A stretch of DNA of 64,000 bases from Spirochaetia bacterium. GTDB taxonomy: Bacteria; Spirochaetota; Spirochaetia; SZUA-6; Bin103. The DNA lies in assembly GCA_965203055.1 (NCBI GenBank), contig OZ241863.1:4257813-4321812 (forward strand). The letters are read 5' to 3'. Within the stretch, counting starts at the first letter, position 1; every line of letters starts with the position of its first letter. Positions 7,218-16,996 of this stretch are shown here, in pieces. The position numbers and the translations under genes were made by a program. The notes beneath the pieces are model-generated. The model did not search any database. It had not been told where the DNA came from and saw only the letters and a list, made by a program, of their open reading frames with translations.

Positions 7218-7784
7218 ATGAGTGAGCAACCCAACGTGACCGGTGAGACGCTGCGCGAAGCGCAGTTCGAGCGCGGCGTCGGCAGCTACGTCCGCTGGAT
7301 GGGGTCGGCCTTCCTGGCCGTCTCCGTCGTCGGCATCGTGTTCATTCCGATCTGGCTCCTGATCAGCCTGTGGTACGTGCCGGCCTACGTCCAGCGGCTG
7401 TCCGCCCGGCTGACCACGCACGCGTTGGAGGTCAAGAAGGGCGTACTCTTCCGCTCGGAGGCGACCATCCCGCTCAATCGAATCACCGACCTCCGCCTGT
7501 ACGACGGACCGCTCATGCGCGCCCTCAGGTTGCGCGGGCTGAAGGTGGAGACCGCCGGACAATCAAGCGAAAACTCCAGCGAGGGCAAGCTGGTCGGGGT
7601 GACCGCGGTGGTCGAGTTCCGCAATGCGGTCCTGCTCCAACGGCAGACATCGGTGGACGGCGAACAGCCCGCCGGCGCCCCCCGCCAGGTGGAGGGCGCT
7701 ACCGGCGCTGCCGACGCGACCGAGCTGCTGGCCGAGATCCGCGACATCCTGGCGCGCATGGAAAGGCAACGGGCGCGCTCGTAG
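7218..7784 (+). CDS. Bacterial PH domain (bPH_2, YdbS/YdbT-like) membrane protein
   Basis: Two N-terminal TM segments followed by ...LEVKKGVLFRSEATIPLNRITDLRLYDGPLMRALRLRGLKVETAG, the bPH_2 hallmark. Confidence 0.75.
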   Translation: MSEQPNVTGETLREAQFERGVGSYVRWMGSAFLAVSVVGIVFIPIWLLISLWYVPAYVQRLSARLTTHALEVKKGVLFRSEATIPLNRITDLRLYDGPLMRALRLRGLKVETAGQSSENSSEGKLVGVTAVVEFRNAVLLQRQTSVDGEQPAGAPRQVEGATGAADATELLAEIRDILARMERQRARS

Positions 7785-7817
7785 CGCTGACCCGCTCCCG
7801 CCGCCGGCGCCGCTCCG

Positions 7818-9431
7818 CTACAACATCCAGACGGCCACCGCGCGCCCATCCCGCCGGCGCTCGTCCGGCGCGGCCGCGCGCTCGCGTTCGACCGGGCGCC
7901 GGTCGCGCGGCCGCCGGTCGAACACCACCAGATGCCCCTCCGCGGCGCCGCACTGCGCCATGTAGCCCAGGGTCTGCTCGACGCCGCGCTCGACGGTAGC
8001 GGCGAGGGTCTGCCGGTCGGTGCCGCGCAGCACCTTGCACTCGATCACGTAACGCTCCCACAGGTCGGACGGCTGGCCCGGCTGCCGCGGCCACAGCACC
8101 AGCAGGTCGGTCCGGCCGCGGCCCAATCCGTATTCGCGCTCGATCCGGCCGCCGCCGTTCACGATGCGCTGCAGATACGCCTGCAGGATCAACTGCGGCG
8201 CCGCCTCGCGGTACTCCTCGAAGCGCCCCAGCCAGTGCCCTGCGTGCTCCCCGTAGAAGGTACGGAACGCCCGCAGCAGCTTCGCAAGGTCCAGCCGCCC
8301 GGCGCCGTCCACGTACCACGCCGCCTGCTGGTCCAGGCTGCTTTGCAGGACGTAGCCCAGTTCCCGCGGCACCACTTCCGCGTAGATCGGGTTGGCCACG
8401 CGCGGCGGGGCGCCGCCGTCGATCAGGCCCAGGTCACGGACGTAGTCGAGATCGCGCGCCTGGTAATGCGCCTCGCCGCCGCTCAGGAGCGGCTCCACGA
8501 CGCGCCGCACGCGCTCCTCCTCCAGCTTGTGCGCCAACTGGTCCAGATGCGTCCGGCGCGCCAGGATCAGCTCCTCGCGCGCGGCGTAGATGGCATCCTG
8601 ATCGATGGTGCGCGCGCGGTCGCGCCCCGCCTTGTTGTCGAAGCACGCCTCGGCGCACAGCGCGTTCACCAGCCACGGCTGGCCCCGGGTCTGGGTCCAG
8701 ACCGCGGCCAGCGCCGCCGGCGTGAAGCGCTGGCCGGTCTGCTCGGTGTGCTGCGCCAGCAGCGCGCGCGTCTGCGCCGCGGTGAAGTCGCCCAGGCGCA
8801 CCGACTTGGCGGCGATGTTGAACGGGCTGCCGCCGGCCACCGCCTCGCCGGCGCTGGAGCGGATGCGGTAGTCGCGCAGGTCGCGGACCCCGCTCAGCAC
8901 GATGCTCTGCGGGAAGCCTGCGGGACGTTGCTCGTAGCCGGCGCGGAGCTGGCGCAGCACCGACAACAGGGTGTCGCCCGCCAGCGAGTCGATCTCGTCC
9001 ACCAGCAGCACCAGCGGCGTGGGATCGGCCAGGCACCACTCGACCAGCAACTCCTGCAGCGCGGCGTCGGGGCCCGACTGCTCCAGGATGCCGGGCCAGA
9101 CGCGGCGCGGAACGTCGTCGCCCAACAGCCGGGCGCGCGAGGCCACGCTGCTGAGGATGGCGCGCATGGCGCGCGCGGTATCGTCGCGCGCTACCTGGCC
9201 GACCTCGACGTTGACGTCTACGCAGCGGTAGTTCCCGGCCGCGCCGCTGTTGAGCAGATCGCGCAGCGCGATCAGGGCCGACGTCTTGCCGGTCTGGCGC
9301 GGCGCGCGCAGCACGAAGTATTGCCCGGCGCGAATCATGTCCAGCAGTTCCTCGGCGTCCAACCGTTCCAGCGGCGGAATCGCGTAGTGGTCCTGCGGGC
9401 GCACGGGGCCGGCCGTGTTGAAGCGGCGCAT
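7818..9431 (-). CDS. AAA-ATPase_like / PD-(D/E)xK (PDDEXK_9-type) fusion protein
   Basis: N-terminal MRRFNTAGPVRPQDHYAIPPLER, Walker A APRQTGKTS and Walker B LLVDEID. The C-terminal GRGRTDLLVLWP...YVIECKV is nuclease-like. Confidence 0.8.
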   Translation of the reverse strand: MRRFNTAGPVRPQDHYAIPPLERLDAEELLDMIRAGQYFVLRAPRQTGKTSALIALRDLLNSGAAGNYRCVDVNVEVGQVARDDTARAMRAILSSVASRARLLGDDVPRRVWPGILEQSGPDAALQELLVEWCLADPTPLVLLVDEIDSLAGDTLLSVLRQLRAGYEQRPAGFPQSIVLSGVRDLRDYRIRSSAGEAVAGGSPFNIAAKSVRLGDFTAAQTRALLAQHTEQTGQRFTPAALAAVWTQTRGQPWLVNALCAEACFDNKAGRDRARTIDQDAIYAAREELILARRTHLDQLAHKLEEERVRRVVEPLLSGGEAHYQARDLDYVRDLGLIDGGAPPRVANPIYAEVVPRELGYVLQSSLDQQAAWYVDGAGRLDLAKLLRAFRTFYGEHAGHWLGRFEEYREAAPQLILQAYLQRIVNGGGRIEREYGLGRGRTDLLVLWPRQPGQPSDLWERYVIECKVLRGTDRQTLAATVERGVEQTLGYMAQCGAAEGHLVVFDRRPRDRRPVERERAAAPDERRRDGRAVAVWML

Positions 9432-9455
9432 GGTACGCGCGGTCCGCCGGCGGCG

Positions 9456-10313
9456 CTACTTCAGGCCGGGGCCGGCGCGGTTGCTCCATGAGACCGGCTC
9501 GGCCGCACCGGCGTAGACCGGCAGCAAGTGGCCGGTGACGGCGCGGGTTTGCTCCGCCCAGCGGCGCCAGTCGGGCAGATCGGTGACGTGGTTGGCGATC
9601 AGCGCCTGCAGCTCCTCCGGGAGGTCGTCGTAGGCGGGCCAGTACCAGATCGTGAGCACGGTGCGGCGCTCGCCCGACCGGTTGGCGTGAGCGGAATGGA
9701 GCAGGCGCGCGTCGCCGACCACCACGTCGCCCGCGCGCACCGGCACGTCCACCTCGCCGGGCGCCGGCTGCAGGGCCGGATGCTCCAGGTTGGCTGCGGT
9801 GCCCACCTCATCCGACTCGTGCGCGTTGCGCGGCAGGTCGTGCAGCGGATGGCGCTTCAGATGCGATCCCGGAATCACCCGCAGACAGCCGTTGGCGCGC
9901 GCGGTATCGACCAGATAGTACATCAGGAAGTATTGCTGCGGGCGGTCGGTGTAGCTGATCGGATGGTTCCACAGCACCCCGTCCTGGTGCCAGTAGAGCG
10001 GCGGGGCGTGCGGCGGTTTGCTGATCAGGAACCCGCTCCACAGCCGGGGCCGCTCGAACCCCAGGGCGGCGAATACCGCCAGCGCGCGCGGGTCGGCGAG
10101 CAGCTCGGCAAACGCCGGATGGGGAAACTTCCAGTAGGCAATGATGCAGCCCTGGGCGCGGTGCCGCGCGAAGTGCTCCGGGTCTTCCTGGGCGATGGTC
10201 CACTCGCTCATGGCGTTCAGCTTCGCCACGGTGGCGGCATCCAACACGTTCTCGAAGATGCAGAACCCGTCGCGTATCAACTGCTCCCGCTTTTCCTGCT
10301 CCCGGACCGGCAT
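9456..10313 (-). CDS. Phytanoyl-CoA dioxygenase (PhyH) family Fe(II)/2OG oxygenase
   Basis: ATG at 10313, preceded by GGAGGAGG. Contains WHQDG..., ...RVIPGSH and ...LLHSAHANRS motifs. Confidence 0.8.
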   Translation of the reverse strand: MPVREQEKREQLIRDGFCIFENVLDAATVAKLNAMSEWTIAQEDPEHFARHRAQGCIIAYWKFPHPAFAELLADPRALAVFAALGFERPRLWSGFLISKPPHAPPLYWHQDGVLWNHPISYTDRPQQYFLMYYLVDTARANGCLRVIPGSHLKRHPLHDLPRNAHESDEVGTAANLEHPALQPAPGEVDVPVRAGDVVVGDARLLHSAHANRSGERRTVLTIWYWPAYDDLPEELQALIANHVTDLPDWRRWAEQTRAVTGHLLPVYAGAAEPVSWSNRAGPGLK

Positions 10314-10441
10314 CGACGTTCCTCCTCCCGGAGCGGCTGACCGCATGGCGTCGGCCAAGCCCCGAGCGCGGCCCCTATTGTAGCGCCCCGCCATCCGCGG
10401 GTCAGCCATGGGTTGCGTTTCGCCGGCCTTGCCCCTTGGCG

Positions 10442-11617
10442 TCAGGTGATGATGGCGCCCGCCCACAGCCGCTCCAGGAACTGTTCCCAGGGCAGGATCA
10501 GGATGCCGTCGGGCGTGCGGCGGGGAGCGTCGGCGGTGCAGACCACGGCGGCCAGAGCGGGCCGGTGCTCCTCCGCGTACGCGCGGAGGCCCCGGAGCTC
10601 GCGCGGCCCGGGGTTGGCGCCGCCCTTGACCTCGAGCGCGACTTCACCTTCGCCGAGCACGAAGTCGCATTCCAGGCCCGACTTGGTGCGCCAGAAGCGC
10701 ACCGGATAATCGCACTCCCGGTAGCTGCGGCAGGCAAGCAACTCCATGAGCACCAAGTGTTCCAGCGCGCGGCCGAAGTCGGGACCCGCAGCCCGTTCGA
10801 CCCGGCGCCCGGCCAGGTAACCGGCGACGCCGACGTCGAACAGGTAGAACTTCGGCGCCCGGTTGATGACCGCGCGCGTCCGGCGGCTGCGGAACGGCTC
10901 CAGGAAGACGCCGAGCAGGGTATCGACGAGAATCTGAAAGTATTCCCGCACGGTCTTGGAATCGACGCCGCAGTCGCGAGCCACGCTGCTGAAGTTGAGC
11001 AGCTCCCCGTGACAGAACGGCAGCGCGTCGAAGAACCGCGAGAACGCCGCCACGTTGCGCGTCAGCCCTTCGTCGAATACTTCCTCCTTGAGGTAGTCGT
11101 CGACGTAGCCGGAGAGCGCGCGCCGGTTCTGAGCCGCGTCGTAGTGTTGCGGGACCAGGCCGCGATTGAGCGCGCGCAGCAGGTCGAACGCCGGAATCTC
11201 CGGCCACGTCAGGGGATGCAGCCGGAAGCGCCAGGCGCGGCCGCCGAGCAGGTTGGCGCGCCCGCGCTTCAACTTGCGGGCGCTGGAGCCGCACAGCACG
11301 AAGCTCAGGCCGGCGTCTTCGATCAGACGATGCACCTCGTCGAGCAGGGGCGGCACTTTCTGCACCTCGTCGATGATGATCGGTTCGGCCCGGACCGCGG
11401 CGGAGAGAGCGCGCACGCGGTCGGCGAGGCTCCACGGCGCCCGCGTGAACTCCAGCAGCAACCGGGTATCGAGCAGGTCGAAGCGGGCGGAACGCGGGAA
11501 CAGGCGCCGCAGCAGGGTCGACTTGCCGGTCTTGCGCGGCCCCCACAGGAACGCCGACTGGCCGCGCGGCAGCGTCAGGTCGAGGGTGCGGCGGTATGGC
11601 GCCAATTCGTCACTCAT
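10442..11617 (-). CDS. AAA+ ATPase with DUF4143-type C-terminal domain
   Basis: ATG at 11617 (MSDELAPYRR). Walker A GPRKTGKST and Walker B IIIDEVQKVP. The C-terminal ECDFVLGEGEVALEVKG is restriction-endonuclease-like. Confidence 0.8.
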   Translation of the reverse strand: MSDELAPYRRTLDLTLPRGQSAFLWGPRKTGKSTLLRRLFPRSARFDLLDTRLLLEFTRAPWSLADRVRALSAAVRAEPIIIDEVQKVPPLLDEVHRLIEDAGLSFVLCGSSARKLKRGRANLLGGRAWRFRLHPLTWPEIPAFDLLRALNRGLVPQHYDAAQNRRALSGYVDDYLKEEVFDEGLTRNVAAFSRFFDALPFCHGELLNFSSVARDCGVDSKTVREYFQILVDTLLGVFLEPFRSRRTRAVINRAPKFYLFDVGVAGYLAGRRVERAAGPDFGRALEHLVLMELLACRSYRECDYPVRFWRTKSGLECDFVLGEGEVALEVKGGANPGPRELRGLRAYAEEHRPALAAVVCTADAPRRTPDGILILPWEQFLERLWAGAIIT

Positions 11618-11796
11618 TCCGAACAGGTCTGACTCATTCGGAATATATTCCGAACTGGACGGATCGTCGAGGGTCCCGGAATATAGGTCCCGGCGCGGAT
11701 GCGGCCTTCCCGCCACGCCGGCCTCACCGGCCTCATCCGGCAAGGTTGCCGCGCCCGACGGGTTTCATCTACGCTCGGCGCGATCCTGGAGGAACC

Positions 11797-14031
11797 ATGA
11801 GCAACACGGACACCGCATACCGGGTATTGGGCACGCGTCCCGTGCGTCACGACGGCGTAGACAAGGTAACCGGCCGCGCCAACTACGGCGCCGACTTCAG
11901 CCTGCCGGGCATGCTGCACGGCAAGATCCTGCGCAGTCCGCATGCCCACGCCCGCATCCGCTCGATCGACGCCGGCGCCGCGCAGGCGCTGGACGGGGTG
12001 TTCGCGGTGGTGACGGGCGATGACTTTCCGGCCGGCGCCGGGAGTCCGGCCGAGGTGATCATGTGCCGCGGCCACGTACGCTATCAGGGCCACGCCGTGG
12101 CCGCGGTGGCGGCGGCCACCCCTGCCATCGCCGACCAGGCGCTCGATCTGATCAAGGTGGACTACGAAGTCCTGCCCCACGTCACCGACGTCATGGAAGC
12201 GGCGCGCGGCACGGTGATCATCGATCCCGAGCTGCGCACCGACGGCGACGAGGCGGCGCCGCTCTCCAACATCTCCAACACCGACCTGTTCGACGCCGGC
12301 GACGTGGCGGGCGGGTTCCGGGCCGCGGACGTGATCATCGAGCAGGAGTTCGACAGCGCCACCATCCACCAGGGCTACATCGAGCCGCACGCCTGCGTTG
12401 CCCGCCGCACCGAGGAGGGTCAGATCCTGCTGTGGGTCTCCAGCCAGGGCCACTTCGCCATCCGCGACCTGACCGCGGCGCAGCTCGGCATCGGTCCGTC
12501 GCAGATCAAGACGATTCCCGCCGAGATCGGCGGCGGCTTCGGCGGCAAGACCACGGTCTACCTGGAGCCGGTGGCGATCCGGCTGGCCGAGAAGTCGGGC
12601 CGGCCGGTGAAGATGGTGATGTCGCGCGCCGAGGTGTTCACCTCCAGCGGCCCCGCCCCCGGCAGCCACATCCGCCTCAAGATGGGCGCGACCCGGGAGG
12701 GTCGCATCACCGCGGTGGACGCCGATCTGTGGTACGAGTCAGGCAGCTTTCCCGGGCCGCTTATGGGACTGGGGATGATGTGCCTCACCGCTCCCTACGA
12801 GATCGAGCACTACCGCATCAAGGGCTACAACGTGCTGGTCAACAAGCCCTTCATGCGTCCCTACCGCGCGCCGCTGGCGCCCAACGCCGCGCACGCCACC
12901 GAGACCGTGATCGACGAAATCTGCGAGCGGATCGGAATGGACCCGATCGAATTCCGCCTCAAGAACGCCGCCCGGAAGGGAACCAAGGCCGCCTACGGCC
13001 CGGTCTACCCCGAAATCGGGATGGTGGCGACGTTGGAGGCCGCCAAGGCGCACCCCCATTACCGCGCGCCGCTGGGCCCCAACCAGGGCCGCGGCGTGGC
13101 CTCCGGGTTCTGGATGAACATCGGCGGCGACGCCACCGCCAACATCTCGGTGCTGCCCGACGGGCAGGTGTCGCTGATCACCGGGCGGCCCGACATCGGC
13201 GGTTCCCGCGCCGCCCAGGCGATGGTGCTGGCCGAGGAGCTGGGCATCCCGGTGGACCAGGTCAACCCCTCGATCGGCGATTCCGACAGCGTCGGCATGA
13301 ACGGCATCTCGGAGGGCAGCAGCACCGCCTACGCCAGCAGCATGGCGATCCACGAGGCCGCCGCCAAGCTGATCGACGAGCTGCGCGACCGCGCCGCGCT
13401 GGAGTGGGAAGTCGACAAGGAGCAGGTCACCTGGCGGGAGGGCGCGGCCCACCTGAACGGCGCCGGCAACGGCGCCAGGGAGTCGCTGTCGCTGCGCGCG
13501 CTGGCGGAAAGCTCCTCGCAGACCGGCGGGCCGCTGGGCGCCGAGGCGGCGGTCAACGCGCGCTTCGCGGCGCCGGCGTTCGGCACCCACATCTGCGACG
13601 TGGAGGTGGACCGGGAGACCGGCAAGGTGGACGTGGTCCGCTACACCGTGTGCCAGGACGCGGGGCGGGCGCTGCACAAGAGCTACGTGGAAGGGCAGCT
13701 CCAGGGCGGTGCCGCGCAGGGCATCGGCTGGGCGCTGAACGAGGGCTACTTCTACGACGAGCAGGGCGTGATGGACAACGCGGGGTTCCTCGACTACCGC
13801 ATGCCGGTGGCCATCGACCTGCCGATGATCGAGCCGGTGGTGGTCGAAGTGCCCAACCCCAAGCATCCCTACGGCGTGCGCGGGGTCGGGGAAAACGCGA
13901 TCGTGGCGCCGCTGGCGGCGGTGGCCAACGCCATCCACGCCGCCGCCGGGGTGCGCCTGCGGCAGGTGCCGATGTCCCCGCCGCGGGTGCTGGAGGCGAT
14001 CCTCGCCCGGCAGCAGGCCAACGGCTCGTAA
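11797..14031 (+). CDS. Xanthine dehydrogenase / aldehyde oxidase family molybdopterin-binding subunit
   Basis: ATG at 11797 after GGAGGA. N-terminal GTRPVRHDGVDKVTGRANYGADF..., ...IGGGFGGK... and ...GVGENAIVAPLAAVANAI. No 2Fe-2S or FAD subunit gene is adjacent. Confidence 0.85.
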   Translation: MSNTDTAYRVLGTRPVRHDGVDKVTGRANYGADFSLPGMLHGKILRSPHAHARIRSIDAGAAQALDGVFAVVTGDDFPAGAGSPAEVIMCRGHVRYQGHAVAAVAAATPAIADQALDLIKVDYEVLPHVTDVMEAARGTVIIDPELRTDGDEAAPLSNISNTDLFDAGDVAGGFRAADVIIEQEFDSATIHQGYIEPHACVARRTEEGQILLWVSSQGHFAIRDLTAAQLGIGPSQIKTIPAEIGGGFGGKTTVYLEPVAIRLAEKSGRPVKMVMSRAEVFTSSGPAPGSHIRLKMGATREGRITAVDADLWYESGSFPGPLMGLGMMCLTAPYEIEHYRIKGYNVLVNKPFMRPYRAPLAPNAAHATETVIDEICERIGMDPIEFRLKNAARKGTKAAYGPVYPEIGMVATLEAAKAHPHYRAPLGPNQGRGVASGFWMNIGGDATANISVLPDGQVSLITGRPDIGGSRAAQAMVLAEELGIPVDQVNPSIGDSDSVGMNGISEGSSTAYASSMAIHEAAAKLIDELRDRAALEWEVDKEQVTWREGAAHLNGAGNGARESLSLRALAESSSQTGGPLGAEAAVNARFAAPAFGTHICDVEVDRETGKVDVVRYTVCQDAGRALHKSYVEGQLQGGAAQGIGWALNEGYFYDEQGVMDNAGFLDYRMPVAIDLPMIEPVVVEVPNPKHPYGVRGVGENAIVAPLAAVANAIHAAAGVRLRQVPMSPPRVLEAILARQQANGS

Positions 14032-14035
14032 CCGC

Positions 14036-14933
14036 TTGCCGCGCGACACGCACGAGGCGCCGTTGGAACCGGGCGGCGCCGCCCGGCGGGGCGCGCGCGG
14101 CCGGCAGCGGGAGGGCGCTTCCTTCCCGGCGCCGCCGGCCAAGGTCCGACTGCCGGCGAGCTATGCCGCCGCCGTCAGCGAGATCAAGCGGCGCATCGGC
14201 ACGCAGCGCCTGGGCGTGGTGCTGGCCGCAAACGAGGCGCTGGTGTTGTTGTACTGGGACGTTGGGCGGGCGATCCTGGAGCGGCAGCAGCGCTCGGGCT
14301 GGGGCGCCAGGATCATCGACCGCCTGTCCCACGACCTGCGCGCCGCCTTCCCGGAGATGCGCGGGCTGTCCGCCCGCAACCTGAAATACATGCGCGCCTT
14401 CGCCGCCGCGTGGCCCGACCGCTCAATTGTGCAACAGGCTGCTGCACAAATTCCGTGGTCCCACAACGTGATCCTGCTGAACAAGCTCAAGGACGCCCGC
14501 ACCCGTCTCTGGTACGCCCGCAAGGCGCGCGAGCAGGGCTGGAGCCGCAACGTGCTGGCCATGCAAATCGACGCGAGACTGCACGAGCGGGAGGGCATGG
14601 CGGTCACCAACTTCGCCGCCACCCTGCCGCCGGGCGACTCCGACCTGGCGGCGCAGGTGTTCAAGGACCCGTACCTGTTCGACTTCCTGGGCACCGCCGC
14701 CCCGCGCACCGAGCGGGAGATCGAACAGGCCCTGGTCGATCACCTGCAGTCGTTCCTGTTGGAACTGGGCGCGGGATTCGCGTTCGTCGGCCGCCAGGTC
14801 CTGCTGGAGGTGGGAGACCGCGACTACTACGCGGGAGACGCGCCTGGTGGACTCGCTGCCGCAGGAGCTGCGGGGCAGCCTGCCGACCATCGAAGAGATC
14901 GAAGCGGAGCTGAACGGCCCGGAACATGAATGA
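14036..14933 (+). pseudogene. YhcG-like (DUF1016) PD-(D/E)xK nuclease gene with internal deletion and frameshift
   Basis: The N-terminal and middle regions are intact (NEALVLLYWDVGRAI, LSARNLKYMRAF, ...FAFVGRQVLLEVGDRDYY). The nuclease core is then absent, and the usual C-terminus (ETRLVDSLPQELRGSLPTIEEIEAELN) continues in another frame to a stop at 14931..14933. Confidence 0.6.
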
Positions 14934-15400
14934 TGCGGCCTGGGATGTCTGCACTCCCGATCGACAAAGGCCGCATGTTCCTCCCAAGCTAGCCTACGAG
15001 CAAGACTCTATTGAGCTGCTAAAGGTGTATTTGGCGTTCGCAGAAGAATTCGAAATCCGCCCACCATACTACGTGTTTCTGTCATTCCTTGGGGTCAGAG
15101 GATGCGAATTTGGCGTTAAGAAAGCCCTCTAAACATGCTCATATCCTAGAGGAAGATATGCTGATTCTTCCGGAAGTCGTTATTCAGGACCGCGATGAAC
15201 AGCCACACCAAGCCCTGAGGAAGGCATTTTGACATGGTATGGAACTCTTTTGGGTTCATAGGATCACGGAACTACGACGATAGCGGAACTGGAAGTCTGG
15301 CTAGCACGAGAGAGCTATGGCCGCGGCACCCGTCCACCACCGAGATTAGCGACCACTCATTCACCGCCGAGCAGACGGTGGATCGTCCATCCATGGCTCC
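14926..15400 (+). other. Low-GC decayed coding remnant of unknown family
   Basis: GC drops to ~50% by eye. Peptide pieces are spread over three frames (..IRPPYYVFLSFLGVRGCEFGVKKAL / HAHILEEDMLILPEVVIQDRDEQPHQALRKAF / MVWNSFGFIGSRNYDDSG), which suggests a frameshifted gene. Confidence 0.3.
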
Positions 15401-15402
15401 GG

Positions 15403-16975
15403 GGCGCATTTCCAAAATGTAGGTTAAGTTAAGCGTCAGGCCGCTTGGTGGCCAAGCCCAAATTCCTAGTGTGAAGATGACGTTTCTCGGCGATCTTGAA
15501 TCACCGGTCTACGCGTTCGGCAACGGGGCTGAACGGAACCGGCGCCTGGCGATCCTCGCCGGGGCGGCCGAATCCGGCGCCGACATGGCGGTAGCGGTGA
15601 TGGGCGGCGCACAGCAGCCTGAGATTGTTCGGCTCGGCGGCGCCGCCGCAGGCATACGGCACGACGTGATCGATCTGCAGCAGGTGTTGGGAGCCGCAGC
15701 GGCGCCCGCTGGTGCGGTCCACGTAGCGGCAGCGGCCCCGGTCGCGCCGCCAGACCTCGCGCTTGACCGCCGCCGGGATGGCGCGGCCGGTCACGCCGGT
15801 CTTCGCTGCCGAAGTCCGAGTCCGCGGCGGCGCAGCCGGCTGCGCGCACGCCGTCGCAGCCTGCCGGCCGAGGCGCCGCGTCTTCGGCGCCGAAGTTGCG
15901 TCGCACGCCGGCTTCGCTGCCGAAGTGTCCGGGCGGTCAGCGGCTTCGTCTCCCGGCTGCGCCGCCGCCTGAGCCGATACTTTCGCCGCCGAAGGAGCGG
16001 CGCTGTCCGCGCTGGCCTCCTGCTTCGCTGCCGAGGCAGCGAAGCGAGCCGAGGCCGGCTGCGTCTTCGGCGCCGAAGTTTGCTCGGCGCCTTTGGCCGG
16101 CGCGGCGCGCCGCCCGCTCGGCGGACGGGCCGGGTCGTGGCGGTCGAGCCCTTCCCGCACCAGCCGCGCCATGAGCTGCCCCAACGTCAGGTGCGGGTCG
16201 ACGTGGGACAGGAGGCCCTTGAGCCGCTCCAAGCCGCGCCGGCACTCATCGTCGATCACCGCCTTGAGTTCCCAGCGCCCGCCGCCCAGGGGCCGCACCC
16301 GATCCGCCGGCGCCGCCAGCTCCGGGTCCACCTCGGCCAGCATCTGCATCACCTCCCGGCTGCTCTTGCCGGACGCCTGCTCCACCAACTCCCGCCGCGC
16401 CTCCGAGTCCAGCACCGGCGCGGCCGCCGGCTTCCGCTCCGCCGGCCGCAGCGGCGCGGCGCCCTCCTGCGACTGAGCGGCAGCCCCGAACCCGGTCCCG
16501 CCCGGCGCGCTACGCGCCGCGCGCTCCTTCTTGCGCTCCTGCCGGTCGAACGCGTGCTGCAACTGCGCCGCCGCGTTCAGCGTCATCGAGCCATTCTGCA
16601 GGCGCTCGCGGACGCCGTCGACGTCCGCGCAGAGCCGCATCGCCTTGATGCGCCGCCACGCTGCGGCGTCGCTGTAACCCAGTTCGCGCACCGCGTAATC
16701 GAACAGACTCGAGAACCCGCGGCGCAAGTATAGGCGGCGCTTCTGGATCTCGCGCAGGTGGTCGATCACGACCACTTCGAGATGGTGTTCGATGCCGGAA
16801 AGTTCCTTGGTCCGCTCCAGCAGATGGTCGTCTGAGAGGGCGGATACGGTAGTGGTGACGGCCTCGTCGGAAGCATGTTGGTTCATGACATAAGTATAAT
16901 CATGGAAACTACTTGAGTCAATTTTTCGGGCCGGAATATGCCACCTGCCGGCGTGACTCGGCGGCGCATTTCCAA
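15403..16975 (-). mobile_element. HNH-endonuclease unit, copy 1, bounded by 13-bp direct repeats
   Basis: GGCGCATTTCCAA occurs at 15403..15415 and 16963..16975 (reverse complement of TTGGAAATGCGCC). Similarity to the second unit (59459..60995) starts and stops at these repeats. Confidence 0.65.
15501..16886 (-). CDS. HNH endonuclease (DUF222-like N-terminal region)
   Basis: ATG at 16886 (MNQHASDE). C-terminal HNH motif RCRYVDRTSGRRCGSQHLLQIDHVVPYACGG...NLRLLCAAHHRYRH. A low-complexity (T/A/P)SA(A/P)K linker is present. Confidence 0.85.
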   Translation of the reverse strand: MNQHASDEAVTTTVSALSDDHLLERTKELSGIEHHLEVVVIDHLREIQKRRLYLRRGFSSLFDYAVRELGYSDAAAWRRIKAMRLCADVDGVRERLQNGSMTLNAAAQLQHAFDRQERKKERAARSAPGGTGFGAAAQSQEGAAPLRPAERKPAAAPVLDSEARRELVEQASGKSSREVMQMLAEVDPELAAPADRVRPLGGGRWELKAVIDDECRRGLERLKGLLSHVDPHLTLGQLMARLVREGLDRHDPARPPSGRRAAPAKGAEQTSAPKTQPASARFAASAAKQEASADSAAPSAAKVSAQAAAQPGDEAADRPDTSAAKPACDATSAPKTRRLGRQAATACAQPAAPPRTRTSAAKTGVTGRAIPAAVKREVWRRDRGRCRYVDRTSGRRCGSQHLLQIDHVVPYACGGAAEPNNLRLLCAAHHRYRHVGAGFGRPGEDRQAPVPFSPVAERVDR

Positions 16976-16996
16976 GCGGTTTGACCAATGACTCCT

